In this document: piece by piece, positions 30,488-42,812 of the stretch | Layout of the letters: every line of letters starts with the position of its first letter | Numbering within the stretch: the first letter of the stretch is position 1 | DNA from: a bacterium | GTDB taxonomy: Bacteria; Electryoneota; Electryoneia; Electryoneales; Electryoneaceae | Reading direction: 5' to 3' | DNA: 64,000 nucleotides | Assembly: GCA_963669175.1 (NCBI GenBank) | Contig: OY769902.1 | Coordinates: forward strand, 64,001 to 128,000 | The notes under the pieces: model-generated | What the model saw: the letters and a program-made list of their open reading frames with translations, nothing else | Databases searched by the model: none | Told to the model about the DNA's origin: nothing | Made by a program: the position numbers and the translations under genes

Positions 30488-33400
30488 GCGCATCCAGTGT
30501 TTCACGCACTTTCTGGGAGAGAGTATCCACATTGAAGGGCTTCTGGATGAAGGCCACACCTTCCTCAAGAATACCACGCTGGGCAATAACATTCGCCGTG
30601 TACCCGGACATGTACAGCGTCTTCATCCCCGGTTTCATGACTGTTAGTTTCTGGTGGAGTTGTTTCCCGTTCATGCCGGGCATAACCACATCGGTGAGCA
30701 GCAGGTGAAGATGCCCTTTATGGACATCCACCAGGCTGATGGCATCGGCTGGTGTTCTGGCGACCAGAACATGGAAACCGTCACGCTCCAGCACACGTTT
30801 TGCCAGGCGGAGAATGGACAATTCATCTTCAACCACGAGAATCGTTTCGGTCCCACGTGTTTTTTGCTTCGCCTTTGATTGTGCAGCAACCTTTTCTGTA
30901 GCGTCATGTCGAGGGAAATAGATATTGAATGTTGTACCCTCGCCAAGTGTACTGCTGGCATGGATAACACCGTTGTTCTGCTGCACGATACCGTAAATCG
31001 TGGAAAGCCCCAGCCCGGTCCCTTCGCCCAATTCCTTTGTGGTATAGAAAGGCTCGAACATACGTTCCAGTGTCTCGTCATCCATCCCGGTGCCGGTGTC
31101 CGTAATGGACAACAAGACATAATCACCCGGTAAAACAGGCATGTCTTTACGCGAATGCTGCTCGGTCAACTGGACATTTTCCGTGGAAATGGCAATCGAA
31201 CCGACTCCGGCGATGGCATCGCGGGAGTTTACGACGAGATTGGTGAGAATCTGGTCTACCTGGGATGGATCGATCAGGATCGTCCAGACATCATCCGACG
31301 TCTTGAACTCAAGCTCAATATCCTCGCCGATCAACCGCTTGAGCATTTTCCCCTGCTCAAGGATCAGACGGTTCAGGTCTACCGGTTTGGGTTTGATGAT
31401 CTGCTTGCGTGAGAAGGAAAGCAGTTGACGGGTAAGATCCGCAGAGCGATGTGCCGCCCGACCTATTTCCAGCAAGTCCTGGTATAGGGATTCACCCTCT
31501 TTAACATCATTCATGGCCATCTCTGTCGTACCAATAATGACCGCCAGCATATTGTTGAAATCGTGGGCAACCCCACCAGCCAGACGTCCGATAGCCTCCA
31601 TTTTCTGGGCTTGATTGTACTGTTCTTCCAGTTTCGCGCGTTCTTCTTCCGCCATTCTGCTTTCAACCAGTGATCCGATCAGTTGCGCAGCAAATTTCAG
31701 GCGGTGCTTGGCCATTTCGACAATGTACGGCGGCCTGGAATCATAGGCATTCGCGTGTTCAACCAGCAGGTCATAATCAATATTGTATTTTTGTGATAGC
31801 AACTGCAATAATTCAGGATCTTTGGGAGGATCGCCATAACCGAAATTGATAGAACCAACGACTTCATTGCCCGCGCAGATGGGAAGCGCATACAAACGAA
31901 TGCCGCCGTTGCATTCTATATCAACAGGTGTCTTCTGCTTAATCGCAAGCCGTGAACAAGAGTTCCAACAGGATTCATGGCATAACCATTTCCCGGATTC
32001 CAGCGCTTCTTTGTTGTCGTCGGTTTCACAAAGATCACGAGATGCTGAGTCCATCAGGCGGCACCAGTTGGAAGCAAAGATTCCGTAAGCGTAATCCCCG
32101 TTGGCTTCATAGATGGCAGCCGATGTCCCCAGCAAATCCAGGAATTCCGAGGCGATGTTTCCGAGCATTTTATGACCGACAGATTGCAGAATCAGACCAT
32201 CTGTATTCAACGAGGTCAGGTCGCCATACTCCTGCACCGGTATACTTTCCTGATCACTGGCTGCGCGTGTAATGGATTTTGACAACATCCATTCGATTCG
32301 TTGCAGGTCCGCTTCCACACGTTTCAGTTCTGAAATATCCTGATTGACCATGATGGCAGCCTGCACGGAACCATCATCATCGATTACCGGCGCTGTTGAG
32401 TTAAGAATGGTGCGTGATTGACCATCGAACGCCTCAATCTCCAGCATCTCATCGGTGATTGTTTCCCCATCGCGAATAGTTTTGGCCAGCGCCCACTCGT
32501 GAAGCTGTATCTCTTCTCCCGATGGTACCCGCTTGGCCTTGAAAATGCCAACATCTGACGGGGCAGAATTCGGATCAGCGCCCCAGATTTCCATCCCCTT
32601 GCGATTCCCGTTGATCAGGTTGCCATTTTCGTCGGCAAGCCATAACCCAACCGGGAGAATATCAAAGATGCGTTGCAGCAGACCCTCACGCTTGCGTAAA
32701 GCATCTTCCGTCAGTGTGCGTGACGTAATATCCTGGATTGTCCCGAAAGACCGTACCGCTTCACCTTCTTCATTTACCTCCACTTTGAATACATCATTGA
32801 ACCACTTTTGCACACCGCTGGTTGTAAATCCCCTGTGGGCAAACTCCACTGTTTTCCCGGTAGCAACTGATTTTTCAAAATGTTTTTGGATTTTTTCCTG
32901 ATCATCGGGGGGGATGTATTCCATGAAGGCGTCATACGTTAATACTGGTGACTCCATGTCAATCTCAAACATGGAATAGATGACATCGGACCACTTGAGC
33001 CGGTCATTAATGATATCATATTCCCAGAATCCAATCTGGGCTATCTGCTGGGCCTTACGAAGGTTTTTTTCACTTTCACGAAGGGCGTGATCGGCAGCGC
33101 GACGATCTGTCACATCACGCGAATTGACAACCACAGCTTCCACATCCGGGTTATCAAGCAGATTGGTGGCAACATTGTCAATCCATACCCAATGGCCGTC
33201 CTTATGCCTGACTTGCGCTTCCCAGGCTTCCATTCCCCCGGGCGTATTTAATAGCCTCGTCATGCAGGTTGTTACAACGTCAAGAGAATCAGGATGAATA
33301 GAAGTGTCATACTTGTGACCAATCAATTCTTCCGGTGTGTATCCCAGGATATTTTGAACAGAACTGCTGAAATACTTCGCAGTCCCGTCACGGTCAACCA

Positions 33401-34043
33401 GAACGATAATGCCCCAGGAATGCTCCAGCATGCTGCGCAGACGGTGTTCGGTATGCTTCAGGTCTTCAGCAATCTTCCGTTTTTTCTGCTGCAGGTTCAG
33501 CAAACGTCCCAGCAACATGGTTCCCAACGGATAAATTACCAGAACGGGCCAGGCGATATTTCGCAATGTCCCAATTGCCACATGGAAGGGCATGGCAAAT
33601 GTGCAGCCAAGCATCACCAGGTGAACAGCCAGGCCAAGCAGGTAAAGATCAATCCAGCCTTTTCGTGATGGCAGGTACCGCCGCCAGAGCAACCCGAGAC
33701 CGGTTGCCGTAATAATGACACTGATCCCCATCGATGCGCCAACGCCACCCTGTATGATGCGAAAGACGCCGGTAATCAGTATGGCGACCAAACTGGGAAT
33801 AGGACCAAAGAAAAGACCACTACAGGCAAGAAGTATGGAACGTGTATCAAAAAACAGGCCGGGCAACAACTCCCAGCGACTGAGCATCAGGGCGATACCA
33901 ATAAGCCCAATAATTAAACCGGAAAGAATTTTTCTGTAAACAGATTTGGAATCTCGACTGATCGGTACAAGCGAATATAGCACTCCCAGGGATATCAATA
34001 GGGCGGCATTGTTTACCATCCCCTGAAAAGCAGCAAGAATCAT
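30483..34043 (-). CDS. Hybrid histidine kinase (5TMR-LYT membrane domain, PASx3, PocR-like, HisKA-HATPase-REC)
   Basis: 'PGLFFDTRS' 5TM-LYT motif, PAS repeats, Cys-rich WCRLMD...WLCHESCW segment, [16 protein letters not shown]-terminal REC. Confidence 0.92.
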   Translation of the reverse strand: MILAAFQGMVNNAALLISLGVLYSLVPISRDSKSVYRKILSGLIIGLIGIALMLSRWELLPGLFFDTRSILLACSGLFFGPIPSLVAILITGVFRIIQGGVGASMGISVIITATGLGLLWRRYLPSRKGWIDLYLLGLAVHLVMLGCTFAMPFHVAIGTLRNIAWPVLVIYPLGTMLLGRLLNLQQKKRKIAEDLKHTEHRLRSMLEHSWGIIVLVDRDGTAKYFSSSVQNILGYTPEELIGHKYDTSIHPDSLDVVTTCMTRLLNTPGGMEAWEAQVRHKDGHWVWIDNVATNLLDNPDVEAVVVNSRDVTDRRAADHALRESEKNLRKAQQIAQIGFWEYDIINDRLKWSDVIYSMFEIDMESPVLTYDAFMEYIPPDDQEKIQKHFEKSVATGKTVEFAHRGFTTSGVQKWFNDVFKVEVNEEGEAVRSFGTIQDITSRTLTEDALRKREGLLQRIFDILPVGLWLADENGNLINGNRKGMEIWGADPNSAPSDVGIFKAKRVPSGEEIQLHEWALAKTIRDGETITDEMLEIEAFDGQSRTILNSTAPVIDDDGSVQAAIMVNQDISELKRVEADLQRIEWMLSKSITRAASDQESIPVQEYGDLTSLNTDGLILQSVGHKMLGNIASEFLDLLGTSAAIYEANGDYAYGIFASNWCRLMDSASRDLCETDDNKEALESGKWLCHESCWNSCSRLAIKQKTPVDIECNGGIRLYALPICAGNEVVGSINFGYGDPPKDPELLQLLSQKYNIDYDLLVEHANAYDSRPPYIVEMAKHRLKFAAQLIGSLVESRMAEEERAKLEEQYNQAQKMEAIGRLAGGVAHDFNNMLAVIIGTTEMAMNDVKEGESLYQDLLEIGRAAHRSADLTRQLLSFSRKQIIKPKPVDLNRLILEQGKMLKRLIGEDIELEFKTSDDVWTILIDPSQVDQILTNLVVNSRDAIAGVGSIAISTENVQLTEQHSRKDMPVLPGDYVLLSITDTGTGMDDETLERMFEPFYTTKELGEGTGLGLSTIYGIVQQNNGVIHASSTLGEGTTFNIYFPRHDATEKVAAQSKAKQKTRGTETILVVEDELSILRLAKRVLERDGFHVLVARTPADAISLVDVHKGHLHLLLTDVVMPGMNGKQLHQKLTVMKPGMKTLYMSGYTANVIAQRGILEEGVAFIQKPFNVDTLSQKVRETLDAQ

Positions 34044-34152
34044 TGATAGACCTTTCTAAAGGCTGAAGCAAGAAGCTCTACACTCCTTTAAAGGCTCAGT
34101 GAAGCTGTGCATGATCTTGTGAAAAGTACTTACCTATATATAAGAATTCAAC

Positions 34153-34180
34153 GAAAAACCCTTACAGCAATGGGTTTTTT
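34153..34180 (-). terminator. Probable bidirectional terminator hairpin
   Basis: AAAAACCC-TTACAGCAAT-GGGTTTTT just downstream of the 34189 stop. Confidence 0.55.
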
Positions 34181-34188
34181 CTTATTGT

Positions 34189-37100
34189 TCAGCTATCCAG
34201 AGCCCTCCTCACCTGGTCCCCCAGGATGGCTATTGAGAAAGGCTTCTGCATGAAGTTTACTCCCTCGTCCAGAATTCCACGATGTGCAATCACATTCGCC
34301 GTATACCCTGACATAAACAGTGTTTTCAAGTCCGGGTAGGAAACCTTCAACGCATTCGCCAGCTCCTTGCCATTCATTTGTGGCATGACAACATCAGTAA
34401 TCAGAAGATGAACTTTGTCACCGTATGTTTGAATCAAGTGGAAAGCATCCTCTGGAGTATTGGCTGTGAGTACCGTGTAGCCAAGCCCTTCCAGAATACG
34501 TTTGCCCAACCGGAGAATAGATGGTTCATCTTCAACAATCAGGATGGTTTCCGATCCTTCAATGACATTTTGTCTGCCCTTTTTCCGTTCATCCGGCGCT
34601 GCGTCACCAAGGAAACGCGGGAAATAGATTTTAAATGAGGTTCCTACATCTATTTCGCTGTACACCTTGATGAATCCATTGTTCTGTTTGACGATTCCGT
34701 AGGCCATTGCCAAGCCGAGCCCTGTCCCTTCGCCCTGTTTTTTTGTTGTAAAAAAGGGCTCGAATACATCTTTCAGGATCTCATTCGGGATACCGCACCC
34801 ATCGTCTGAAATGGCGATCTTTACAAAATCGCCAGGCACAAATCCCATGTTGATTTCGCAGTAGTCCTCGTCGAAAACAACATTTTCCGTTTCAATGGTC
34901 AGCTTGCCGTTGCCTGAAATGGCATCACGGGCATTGACCGCAAGATTGGCCAGTATCTGGTTTATCTGGGTTGTATCGATTTTCACAGGCCACAGATCCA
35001 CCCCCGGCATCCAGGCCAGATCAATATCTTCGCCAATCAGGCGGCGAAGCATGTTCAGTGTACCGGTCACAACATCGTTGAGAATAACCGCTTTCGGTGA
35101 AATGGGTTGACGACGCGCAAAGGCCAGGAGCTGGCGAGTCAGGTTCGCGGATTGATCCGCGGCATGTTCTATTTCAGACACCAGCTTGCGATTATCCTTC
35201 GACAGGGCATCATCCATGGAAACAAGCTCACAGTTGCCCAAAATCGTTTGCAGCATGTTGTTAAAGTCGTGTGCAACCCCACCGGCTAAACGTCCGATTG
35301 ATTCCAACTTCTGTGCCTGTACAAGTTGAGCTTGCAGTTGCTCCTGCCGCACGATGGCTTTCTTCCGGTCTGAGATATCCCTGGCAATAATCAGGATGGA
35401 ATCAATGTTCCCCTCTTTTATAACTGCCGTTGACTTCACTTCAACCGGAATCTCTTCTCCATCTTTGTTTACCAGTTTTGTTTCATATTCTTTCTTTCCG
35501 GAAAATCCTTCATGCCTGTTGACCTGGCGATCAACTACCCCTTCCAGCTCACTGTCAGGAACAAACTCCATAATATTATGCGACAGGATTTCTTCGCTGG
35601 AATAGCCAAGGAAACTCAATCCGGACTGGTTGATAAATAGAATTCTTCCTTTGAGATCGTGAAGTACGATGAAGTCATCCGCCGTCTCGGCCAGGAGACG
35701 GTATTTCTCCTCGCTTTCCTGTAAGGCTTCCCTGGCCAGTACACGATCCGTAATGTCTACAATGATCCCATTGGCCCATTCGATCCACTCAGGATTGTCC
35801 TCTTTGGGTATACCATTGCTCCTCGCATGAAGCCAGATCCAACCTCGTGTGGGATGCTTATAGCGAAATTCTTCGTCAAACAAGAAGGGAGGCTGGCACC
35901 CGCGAATGTTGGCCTCCTTCAACCGGGAAAAGTCTTCCGGATGGACATTGACAAACCAACTGGTAAAATCCATGCTGTCTTCAAGCGGTATCCCCAGGAT
36001 TTGTTCAATGGAAGGGCTGACCAGGGTGACGATGGGCGACATGGGGTCCGGACCGGCTTGCAGACGATAGATCAAATACCCCACCGGATTCTCCAACAGG
36101 GAGGAGAAGTGCATATCACGCTCCCTGAGGGCTTCTTCTGCTTTCTTCCGTTCGGTTATATCCAGGTGAGTGCCACAAGCCCGGAGCGCTTTTCCATCCT
36201 GGTCACGCTCAATGACTTTGCCCCTGTCCAGTACCCAAACCCAGTTTCCGGATTTGTGCCGCATACGATGCTCGGTTTCATATTGATCCGTTTTACCTTG
36301 TATGTGCTCCTCCAGCTTTTCGTTGACAAAAGGAAAATCGTCCGGATGAACCAGGTTTTCCCACGCCTCAACACCATCATCAAGTTCTTCCCTGGCATAT
36401 CCTACCATATCGCACCACTGGTCATTAAAGACAACACTTTCATTCACGATATCCCAATCCCATGTCCCCAGATCAGCGCCAAGAATAGCAAGCTCCATGC
36501 GCTTTTCACTGTCATCCAGCGCTTTGCGTGCATTATCCAGGTCTGTGATGAATCGTGCCTGTTGAACATTCTGATAGGCAATGTTTGATAACTGGTTCGC
36601 CAGGGTAAACAACGCCTGGGAAATTTGTTCAAAGCGTTCTCTGGACATGGCCGGTACGGCTTGAAATGCTGCTGCCGCTTCATCTTCATCGGCGCCGATA
36701 TCACGAGCGTACTGCCTGATTTTCTCTTCGCTCTGCGTATTATCTCGAACCTGCCCGATTAACCAGTTGGCAATATGATGTCCCCCAACCGAAATAGCAG
36801 CGCCTGCATCCCAGAGACCCCCGCTCATACAAGGCTGGATGGTCGGTCCATCTGGATTATATTTTCCCAGTTCCGCATCAGAACGATAGCAGTTTCTTCG
36901 CCCCTTCTCTGTCTTACGAATAATATTGTTGCACAGGTGACAAAACTGGCTCGGTCTGGTAATTGGGGTTCCATCCGTATGAGTAATCATGGAAGCCACC
37001 CCTGTCGCAAGGGCAAACTCTTCTTGAAGTTCCTGAATCTCCTCAAGATTAAACAACTCTTCAAACTCGATGTTGTTTTGCTTGCTTAACGGGCGTGTCA

Positions 37101-38472
37101 GGGCAATGAGTCGCTTTTCAAGAGCGACCTCAGCTCTCTTTTTCTCTGTGATGTCTTCCCCGGAACTCAGTGTGCCGGTAATCTTGCCGTCCTTATCACG
37201 CAAGACAGTATTATGCCAGGCGATCAAACGCTCTTCGCCGCTATGGCTGATAATCGGATTCTCGAAATACTCAACAGGTTCAATGTCCCCACGCATCAAT
37301 TGCGAAAAAACTGTTTTCATCTGCTTGTTAATGCTGTCAGGAATGAATTCTTTGAAATAATCCCTGTTCAATATCTCTTCCTGGGATGCCCCCAGAACAG
37401 AACAACCTTTCTGGTTGATTTGTGTGATAATTCCATTTTCATCCATGGCAAGCAGAATTACCCCGGACACATCAAAATACAGCTTGGCACGATCCCCCTC
37501 TTCACGAAGCTTGTTTTCTGCTTCTCTTATTTCAGTTATATCAATGCCATGAACAACAATTCCTGTTATTCCACTACCGTTAGATTGGTAGGGCTGGTAA
37601 TCCATACGAAGGAAACGCTCCCCGATGTCGGGCACATGAATGGATACTTCATACTGGAGGGCTTCACCTTTCAAGCAACGGTCCATCTTGGGCTTTATCG
37701 TATTGACAAAAACATCTTCTCCCGACAGTTCCGCCACCCTGTGACCAACAATTTTATCGCGAGAAAGGTTGAAATAGCGACAATAGCCGTCATTGACAGT
37801 CTCATAGCGATAATCGCTGGTAATAAAAGATATAAGGTTGGGAGTTGTGGAAACAATATGCTCAAACAGATGTAATTGCTTGTTTTTATATATCTTATGA
37901 AGCGCATATGACACATCAGAGGTTAATTCCGCAAAAAGCTCTTTTTCTTCTCTGTAGTCCACATATACGATAGGCACCGATACAGAAATAATGCCGTACA
38001 AATGGCCTTGATACATCAGCTTTTTCGAAAAACTTGCTCGATTGGTGTATTCATCCCGTAAAGGACATCCCGGACAGTATGTCTGAGGATCCTTAATGAT
38101 GACAATTCCTTTAGTATCAACAACTTTTTTAATACACTCCAGCTTGCCTTCCTTTTCCAGGTATTCTTTCATTGAGGCAAAATCATCTTTGAAACCTGAT
38201 GAAGCTGTCTCCCTGATATTATTATTTTTATCAAACAGTACTATCCAGGCATGATGATATCCCATTGTAAGAATTAGATTTTCACATGCTTTTTGTATCA
38301 GAATACTGGGATCATTCTCTGTAATAATAAGTTTATTAACATTTCGTATTGCGAGAAGTACTTTCATAATGTGGCTGTTTCGTTCTGCCTGTTCAGCCAT
38401 TCTTCCCGCAGCAGCTTCACTCGCAGCCAGCTTTTCTTCAAGCTCTTTATAACCTGGATTTTCCTTTTCCAT
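34189..38472 (-). CDS. Cytoplasmic hybrid histidine kinase (GAF, PAS, PocR, PAS, HisKA-HATPase-REC)
   Basis: PocR motif FALATGVAS...FCHLC...NCYRSD...CMSGGLWDAG...WLIGQV; [15 protein letters not shown]; REC. Confidence 0.93.
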   Translation of the reverse strand: MEKENPGYKELEEKLAASEAAAGRMAEQAERNSHIMKVLLAIRNVNKLIITENDPSILIQKACENLILTMGYHHAWIVLFDKNNNIRETASSGFKDDFASMKEYLEKEGKLECIKKVVDTKGIVIIKDPQTYCPGCPLRDEYTNRASFSKKLMYQGHLYGIISVSVPIVYVDYREEKELFAELTSDVSYALHKIYKNKQLHLFEHIVSTTPNLISFITSDYRYETVNDGYCRYFNLSRDKIVGHRVAELSGEDVFVNTIKPKMDRCLKGEALQYEVSIHVPDIGERFLRMDYQPYQSNGSGITGIVVHGIDITEIREAENKLREEGDRAKLYFDVSGVILLAMDENGIITQINQKGCSVLGASQEEILNRDYFKEFIPDSINKQMKTVFSQLMRGDIEPVEYFENPIISHSGEERLIAWHNTVLRDKDGKITGTLSSGEDITEKKRAEVALEKRLIALTRPLSKQNNIEFEELFNLEEIQELQEEFALATGVASMITHTDGTPITRPSQFCHLCNNIIRKTEKGRRNCYRSDAELGKYNPDGPTIQPCMSGGLWDAGAAISVGGHHIANWLIGQVRDNTQSEEKIRQYARDIGADEDEAAAAFQAVPAMSRERFEQISQALFTLANQLSNIAYQNVQQARFITDLDNARKALDDSEKRMELAILGADLGTWDWDIVNESVVFNDQWCDMVGYAREELDDGVEAWENLVHPDDFPFVNEKLEEHIQGKTDQYETEHRMRHKSGNWVWVLDRGKVIERDQDGKALRACGTHLDITERKKAEEALRERDMHFSSLLENPVGYLIYRLQAGPDPMSPIVTLVSPSIEQILGIPLEDSMDFTSWFVNVHPEDFSRLKEANIRGCQPPFLFDEEFRYKHPTRGWIWLHARSNGIPKEDNPEWIEWANGIIVDITDRVLAREALQESEEKYRLLAETADDFIVLHDLKGRILFINQSGLSFLGYSSEEILSHNIMEFVPDSELEGVVDRQVNRHEGFSGKKEYETKLVNKDGEEIPVEVKSTAVIKEGNIDSILIIARDISDRKKAIVRQEQLQAQLVQAQKLESIGRLAGGVAHDFNNMLQTILGNCELVSMDDALSKDNRKLVSEIEHAADQSANLTRQLLAFARRQPISPKAVILNDVVTGTLNMLRRLIGEDIDLAWMPGVDLWPVKIDTTQINQILANLAVNARDAISGNGKLTIETENVVFDEDYCEINMGFVPGDFVKIAISDDGCGIPNEILKDVFEPFFTTKKQGEGTGLGLAMAYGIVKQNNGFIKVYSEIDVGTSFKIYFPRFLGDAAPDERKKGRQNVIEGSETILIVEDEPSILRLGKRILEGLGYTVLTANTPEDAFHLIQTYGDKVHLLITDVVMPQMNGKELANALKVSYPDLKTLFMSGYTANVIAHRGILDEGVNFMQKPFSIAILGDQVRRALDS

Positions 38473-38642
38473 GCATCTTCCCCTGCCTGTGTAAATCTTG
38501 CAGCAAGCTCACAATTCATCAATATAGTAAGTAAGCATCACATATGTCGAACAATGTGATCCCGGTCAAACCGTATTGCTTAGAATCCTTCCCTATCCCT
38601 CTTTCTGGCGGTATCCGTAATTGCACTTGTTACTTGTTCATA

Positions 38643-41600
38643 TCAAGCGCTTTCCTCAATTGCTTCACGCACCTTTTCGGAGAGTAGTTTTACCGTAAAT
38701 GGTTTTTTCATAAAATTGATACCTTCGTCAAGAACACCGCGTTTTGCAATAATATCCGCAGTATAGCCTGACATGAATAGTGATTTCAGACCTGGTCTGA
38801 TTTCCAGCAACTTGTTCATCAGCTCGCTTCCGTTCATCTGGGGCATTACCACATCAGATATGATCAAGTGTATTTCCTGGGTGTAGTCTTGAACAAGATG
38901 AATTGCTTCATTCGGCGAGTGAGCAGCTAAAACAGTATAGCCCAACCCGTTCAACATCCTTTTCCCTATTCGCAGGATGGCGGCATCGTCTTCTACCAGC
39001 AAAATCGTTTCTGTTCCGCCAACAATCGGTTCCTGCAACTGAGCATCCGGGCCTTCATCACTGTCCGTTTGAAATCTCCTGAAATAAATTGTAAAAGTGG
39101 TGCCTTCGCCCAGGATACTGTCAACGGTGATGTGGCCATTATTCTGTTTAACGATACCATAGATGGTCGCCAATCCAAGACCGGTGCCTTCCCCCTGCTT
39201 CTTGGTGGTGAAAAATGGTTCAAAGATATCGGAGAGATATTCACTCTTGATTCCGGTTCCCGTGTCGCTTACCGCCAGGCGTACGTAATCACCGGGCTCC
39301 ACGTCAGTTAAACCGCTACAAAACTCCTCATCCAGCAAAACATTCCGGGTTTCAATGGTTATTTTCCCCACACCGTCCAGGGCATCCCTTGCGTTGACGG
39401 AAAGATTGGCGAGAATCTGGTTTATTTGCGTGGGGTCCATCTTGGTTTTCCACAAATCAGCGCCCGGCATCCAGGCCAGGTTAATATCTTCACCAATCAG
39501 TCGGCGAAGCATTTTCAGCATCCCGGACACGGTATCATTCAGATCGAGTACTTTAGGCGCAATGGTCTGCTGACGTGCAAAAGCCAGCAACTGCCTGGTA
39601 AGGTTGGCAGATTGATAGGCTGCGCCCTTTATTTCAGACAATAATCCTTCCAGTTCACTGCTCAGGTTGCTGTTCATCGAGGCGAGTTCGCAATTGCCCA
39701 GGATAGTCTGCAGCATGTTGTTGAAATCGTGGGCCACACCACCGGCCAAACGGCCGACTGATTCGAGTTTCTGAGATTGAAGCAGTTGAGTTTGAAGCTT
39801 GCTGCGTTCTTCTTCTACCTGTTTTCGATCTGTGATATCTGTGATGAATCCTTCAAGAAACAGCAATTTATCGTTTTCAAATATTCCTGCGCCAAACTCT
39901 TCCCACCACAACCATCTTCCATCACTATGTTGCATCCGGTAAGTCAGGTGGAAGGGTTCCTTTTTCGCAACGGCTTCATCAACATCGCGATAAATATTGT
40001 CAAGGTCATCCGGGTGGTATAAATCTGTAAAACTCAGTTGATCGTCCAGGAAGAGGTTCTTATTGTAGCCGACCATTGTTTCAATTGCATCATTCAAATA
40101 CAACATGGTGTAGCGAGAATCATTTTTACACAGGTAGATAATGCCCGGAATATGATCCGCCAACGCCCTGAAACGCTGTTCACTTTCACGTAAAGCTTCT
40201 TCAGCCTTCTTGCGATCTGAAATATCCCGGATGACTACCAGGGTGCCATACATTGCACCGGCGCTGAACAGGGAACCATTTAGCTCACCGGTAAATACAG
40301 TCCCATCGTAGCGTTTCATCAACAGCTCAAATCCGACCAGTTTACCGCCTGATCCCATAGTTTCCCTGAAAGCGTCAAGCGCTTTGTTAATATGGGATTC
40401 ATCCAGAAAATCAGTGAAGTGTCGCCCCATCATCGCTTCTGGTGCAATCGAAAAGATACTCTGAGATGCAGGTGACACATAGACAATTACACCGTTCATG
40501 TCGGTGACAGCAATGAGGTCTGTCGATTGTTCTGTTAGTGAGCGAAAGCGTTCTTCACTTTCACGCAATGCCATGTCTGATTGAACCCGATCAGTGATAT
40601 CCAGGTATACCGCTATGCCAGCTACAACCTGCTGCTGTGCATTGTATAAAGGGGACGCATTTGCCCAGATAAAGCGCTCTTCACCACTGTCCAGTTTGAA
40701 AATGTGTTCGGCGCTGGATGATTTCCCGTACAGCACAGCTTGCGCCAATGGCCCTTCATCTTTCCCGAATGGTGAACCGTCGAGATGGTAAATTAGCCAT
40801 TGGGTGGCCAGTTTTTCATCCTCTTTGCAATCGTCAACACTTTTGTAGTCTTTGCCGTAAATTCTCCAGCCGGCCTCATTAACAAAACTCAACTTCGCGT
40901 CCGGCGCTTCAGCAATCGCAATACCGGCAAGGCTGTTATCCATTGCCGCCTTCAAGATGGCCTGGTTGCGCTGCAGATCGGCTGTCCGAGCTGCCACCTC
41001 ACGTTTTAATTGGCGAGACCAGATCAGTGAACCAAACAGGGCAATCAGAAGTGGCAATATCAAAATCGCTGAATACTTCAGAATGGTGCTGAAACTGGAG
41101 GAGGGTTCATCATATACACTTAACCAATGCTGATAAATATGATGATATTCGCCATTATCATCGAGAACTTGTAGCCCTTCGCTCAGCTCAGATAATAACG
41201 CATGCTCACCCTTGGGAACTGCATAACAGTACTGGGACGTAAGTAGCGATTTGTGACCAACCTCCAGATCCTGCCATTCATTTTTCTTGATCCAGTACAG
41301 AGCAGGCAATCGCGCAACCAGGGCGCAGTCTGCATGACCATGCAATACCTCTTCCAGCGCTTGTTCCTGTGTTGCCACAGTCAGCAGGTTTTCATCAAGG
41401 TGGTGTTCAACGCTAAAATCGTGCATGATATCACCAGCCATGACAACAAGCCGCATCGCTGCAAGATCCTCAAGTTGTTCCGGTGGTGAACACTCCCCTT
41501 TCCGTACCACACCAACATGATGAATCATTGTATGGGGCTGGGAAAAATCGAATTCAATATCACGTTGTGGCGAATAAAACATACCTTGAATTGCATCAAT

Positions 41601-42581
41601 CTCGCCATTCTGCAACCCCTGCCTGATATCGCCCCATTTATCCAGCTTTATGTGGACATTTAGCCCCATCTCTGCTGCAATAGCCTTTGTCAGAGCTACA
41701 TTATACCCTGCTGGATGACCAAGCTCATCAATGTACTCGAAAGGTGGATAATCAAAATCACCACCGATGATAAGGGGTTGTCCCGATGTAAGCTCAAATG
41801 CACCAAACCACTTGGTGTACAACTTCTGGAAGGTTCCGTTGGCCATGATAATCGACAGGCCTTCATTAAGCAGCGCGAGTGTTTTACGGTCGCCTTCCTG
41901 AACTGCAAAACAGAAATCCTGGCGAAAATCAAGCAGAGGACCATCCACTATGCGCAGGTTGCTTATCCCTGTCTGCTGGATTAAACGTAACGCCAGCAGA
42001 CGCTGGATCACGACTGCGTCACAGCTTCCCCTGGAAAGGTTTAGCAGAGCCTGTTCAAAGGTGTTGACAGTGACAATTTTGTATCCACCGTCTTTCCTTC
42101 GGAGATATTCTTCCGCATTATCACCTGCCATCACGCCGACAGTTTTCCCTGCCAAATCTTCAAAACAGGTGATATCTTCTGTGCCTTCACGGACCACTAT
42201 TGCACCGTGAAGCGACAGGTAGGGAAATGAGAAATCAAACAGAAATTCACGTTCAGGTGTGCGACCTACAAGAGGCAAGGCTTCAATATCACGATTTTCC
42301 AACATCTGCCTGACTTCAGTCCAGGTGCCCGTTCGGAAAGTAACTTTGCAGGACATCACTTCAGCAGCAGCCTTGAACAGATCAACAGCAAAACCTTCCG
42401 CCTGACCGGACAGGTTCACCATGCAAAACGGGGGATAATTAATTTCACACGCCGACTGAATGGTCCTGACTGGGGCATCGAGGGAATTGGATGGAGCGCC
42501 TGAAGGAATAGCAAGAGCAATATTCGTGAACAGCAAAATTAGCAACATAACGCTAAACACACGTATGCATGCATTGGCCAT
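38643..42581 (-). CDS. Hybrid histidine kinase with two periplasmic solute-binding (family 3) domains, PASx3 and REC
   Basis: Signal peptide, NYPPF and DYPPF SBP domains, TM helix, [24 protein letters not shown] before ATG 42581. Confidence 0.92.
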   Translation of the reverse strand: MANACIRVFSVMLLILLFTNIALAIPSGAPSNSLDAPVRTIQSACEINYPPFCMVNLSGQAEGFAVDLFKAAAEVMSCKVTFRTGTWTEVRQMLENRDIEALPLVGRTPEREFLFDFSFPYLSLHGAIVVREGTEDITCFEDLAGKTVGVMAGDNAEEYLRRKDGGYKIVTVNTFEQALLNLSRGSCDAVVIQRLLALRLIQQTGISNLRIVDGPLLDFRQDFCFAVQEGDRKTLALLNEGLSIIMANGTFQKLYTKWFGAFELTSGQPLIIGGDFDYPPFEYIDELGHPAGYNVALTKAIAAEMGLNVHIKLDKWGDIRQGLQNGEIDAIQGMFYSPQRDIEFDFSQPHTMIHHVGVVRKGECSPPEQLEDLAAMRLVVMAGDIMHDFSVEHHLDENLLTVATQEQALEEVLHGHADCALVARLPALYWIKKNEWQDLEVGHKSLLTSQYCYAVPKGEHALLSELSEGLQVLDDNGEYHHIYQHWLSVYDEPSSSFSTILKYSAILILPLLIALFGSLIWSRQLKREVAARTADLQRNQAILKAAMDNSLAGIAIAEAPDAKLSFVNEAGWRIYGKDYKSVDDCKEDEKLATQWLIYHLDGSPFGKDEGPLAQAVLYGKSSSAEHIFKLDSGEERFIWANASPLYNAQQQVVAGIAVYLDITDRVQSDMALRESEERFRSLTEQSTDLIAVTDMNGVIVYVSPASQSIFSIAPEAMMGRHFTDFLDESHINKALDAFRETMGSGGKLVGFELLMKRYDGTVFTGELNGSLFSAGAMYGTLVVIRDISDRKKAEEALRESEQRFRALADHIPGIIYLCKNDSRYTMLYLNDAIETMVGYNKNLFLDDQLSFTDLYHPDDLDNIYRDVDEAVAKKEPFHLTYRMQHSDGRWLWWEEFGAGIFENDKLLFLEGFITDITDRKQVEEERSKLQTQLLQSQKLESVGRLAGGVAHDFNNMLQTILGNCELASMNSNLSSELEGLLSEIKGAAYQSANLTRQLLAFARQQTIAPKVLDLNDTVSGMLKMLRRLIGEDINLAWMPGADLWKTKMDPTQINQILANLSVNARDALDGVGKITIETRNVLLDEEFCSGLTDVEPGDYVRLAVSDTGTGIKSEYLSDIFEPFFTTKKQGEGTGLGLATIYGIVKQNNGHITVDSILGEGTTFTIYFRRFQTDSDEGPDAQLQEPIVGGTETILLVEDDAAILRIGKRMLNGLGYTVLAAHSPNEAIHLVQDYTQEIHLIISDVVMPQMNGSELMNKLLEIRPGLKSLFMSGYTADIIAKRGVLDEGINFMKKPFTVKLLSEKVREAIEESA

Positions 42582-42812
42582 TCGCCACCCTCCCCAGGTT
42601 ATTCCTATTGCGGATCGCTCCACAAAGAGGCTATAAATTGAAAGATACAACTAATTAGGCAAACGAACTAGCAATAGATTTCAGGAATAAGAGCTTGCTG
42701 AGATCAATGATAGAAAAATTTACTACTAGCCCCACATATTAATTCTATATAATCAACATTTTAAGTCTCACCCATTCTACCATTCGCAATATTGCACTAT
42801 TGTTACACACTG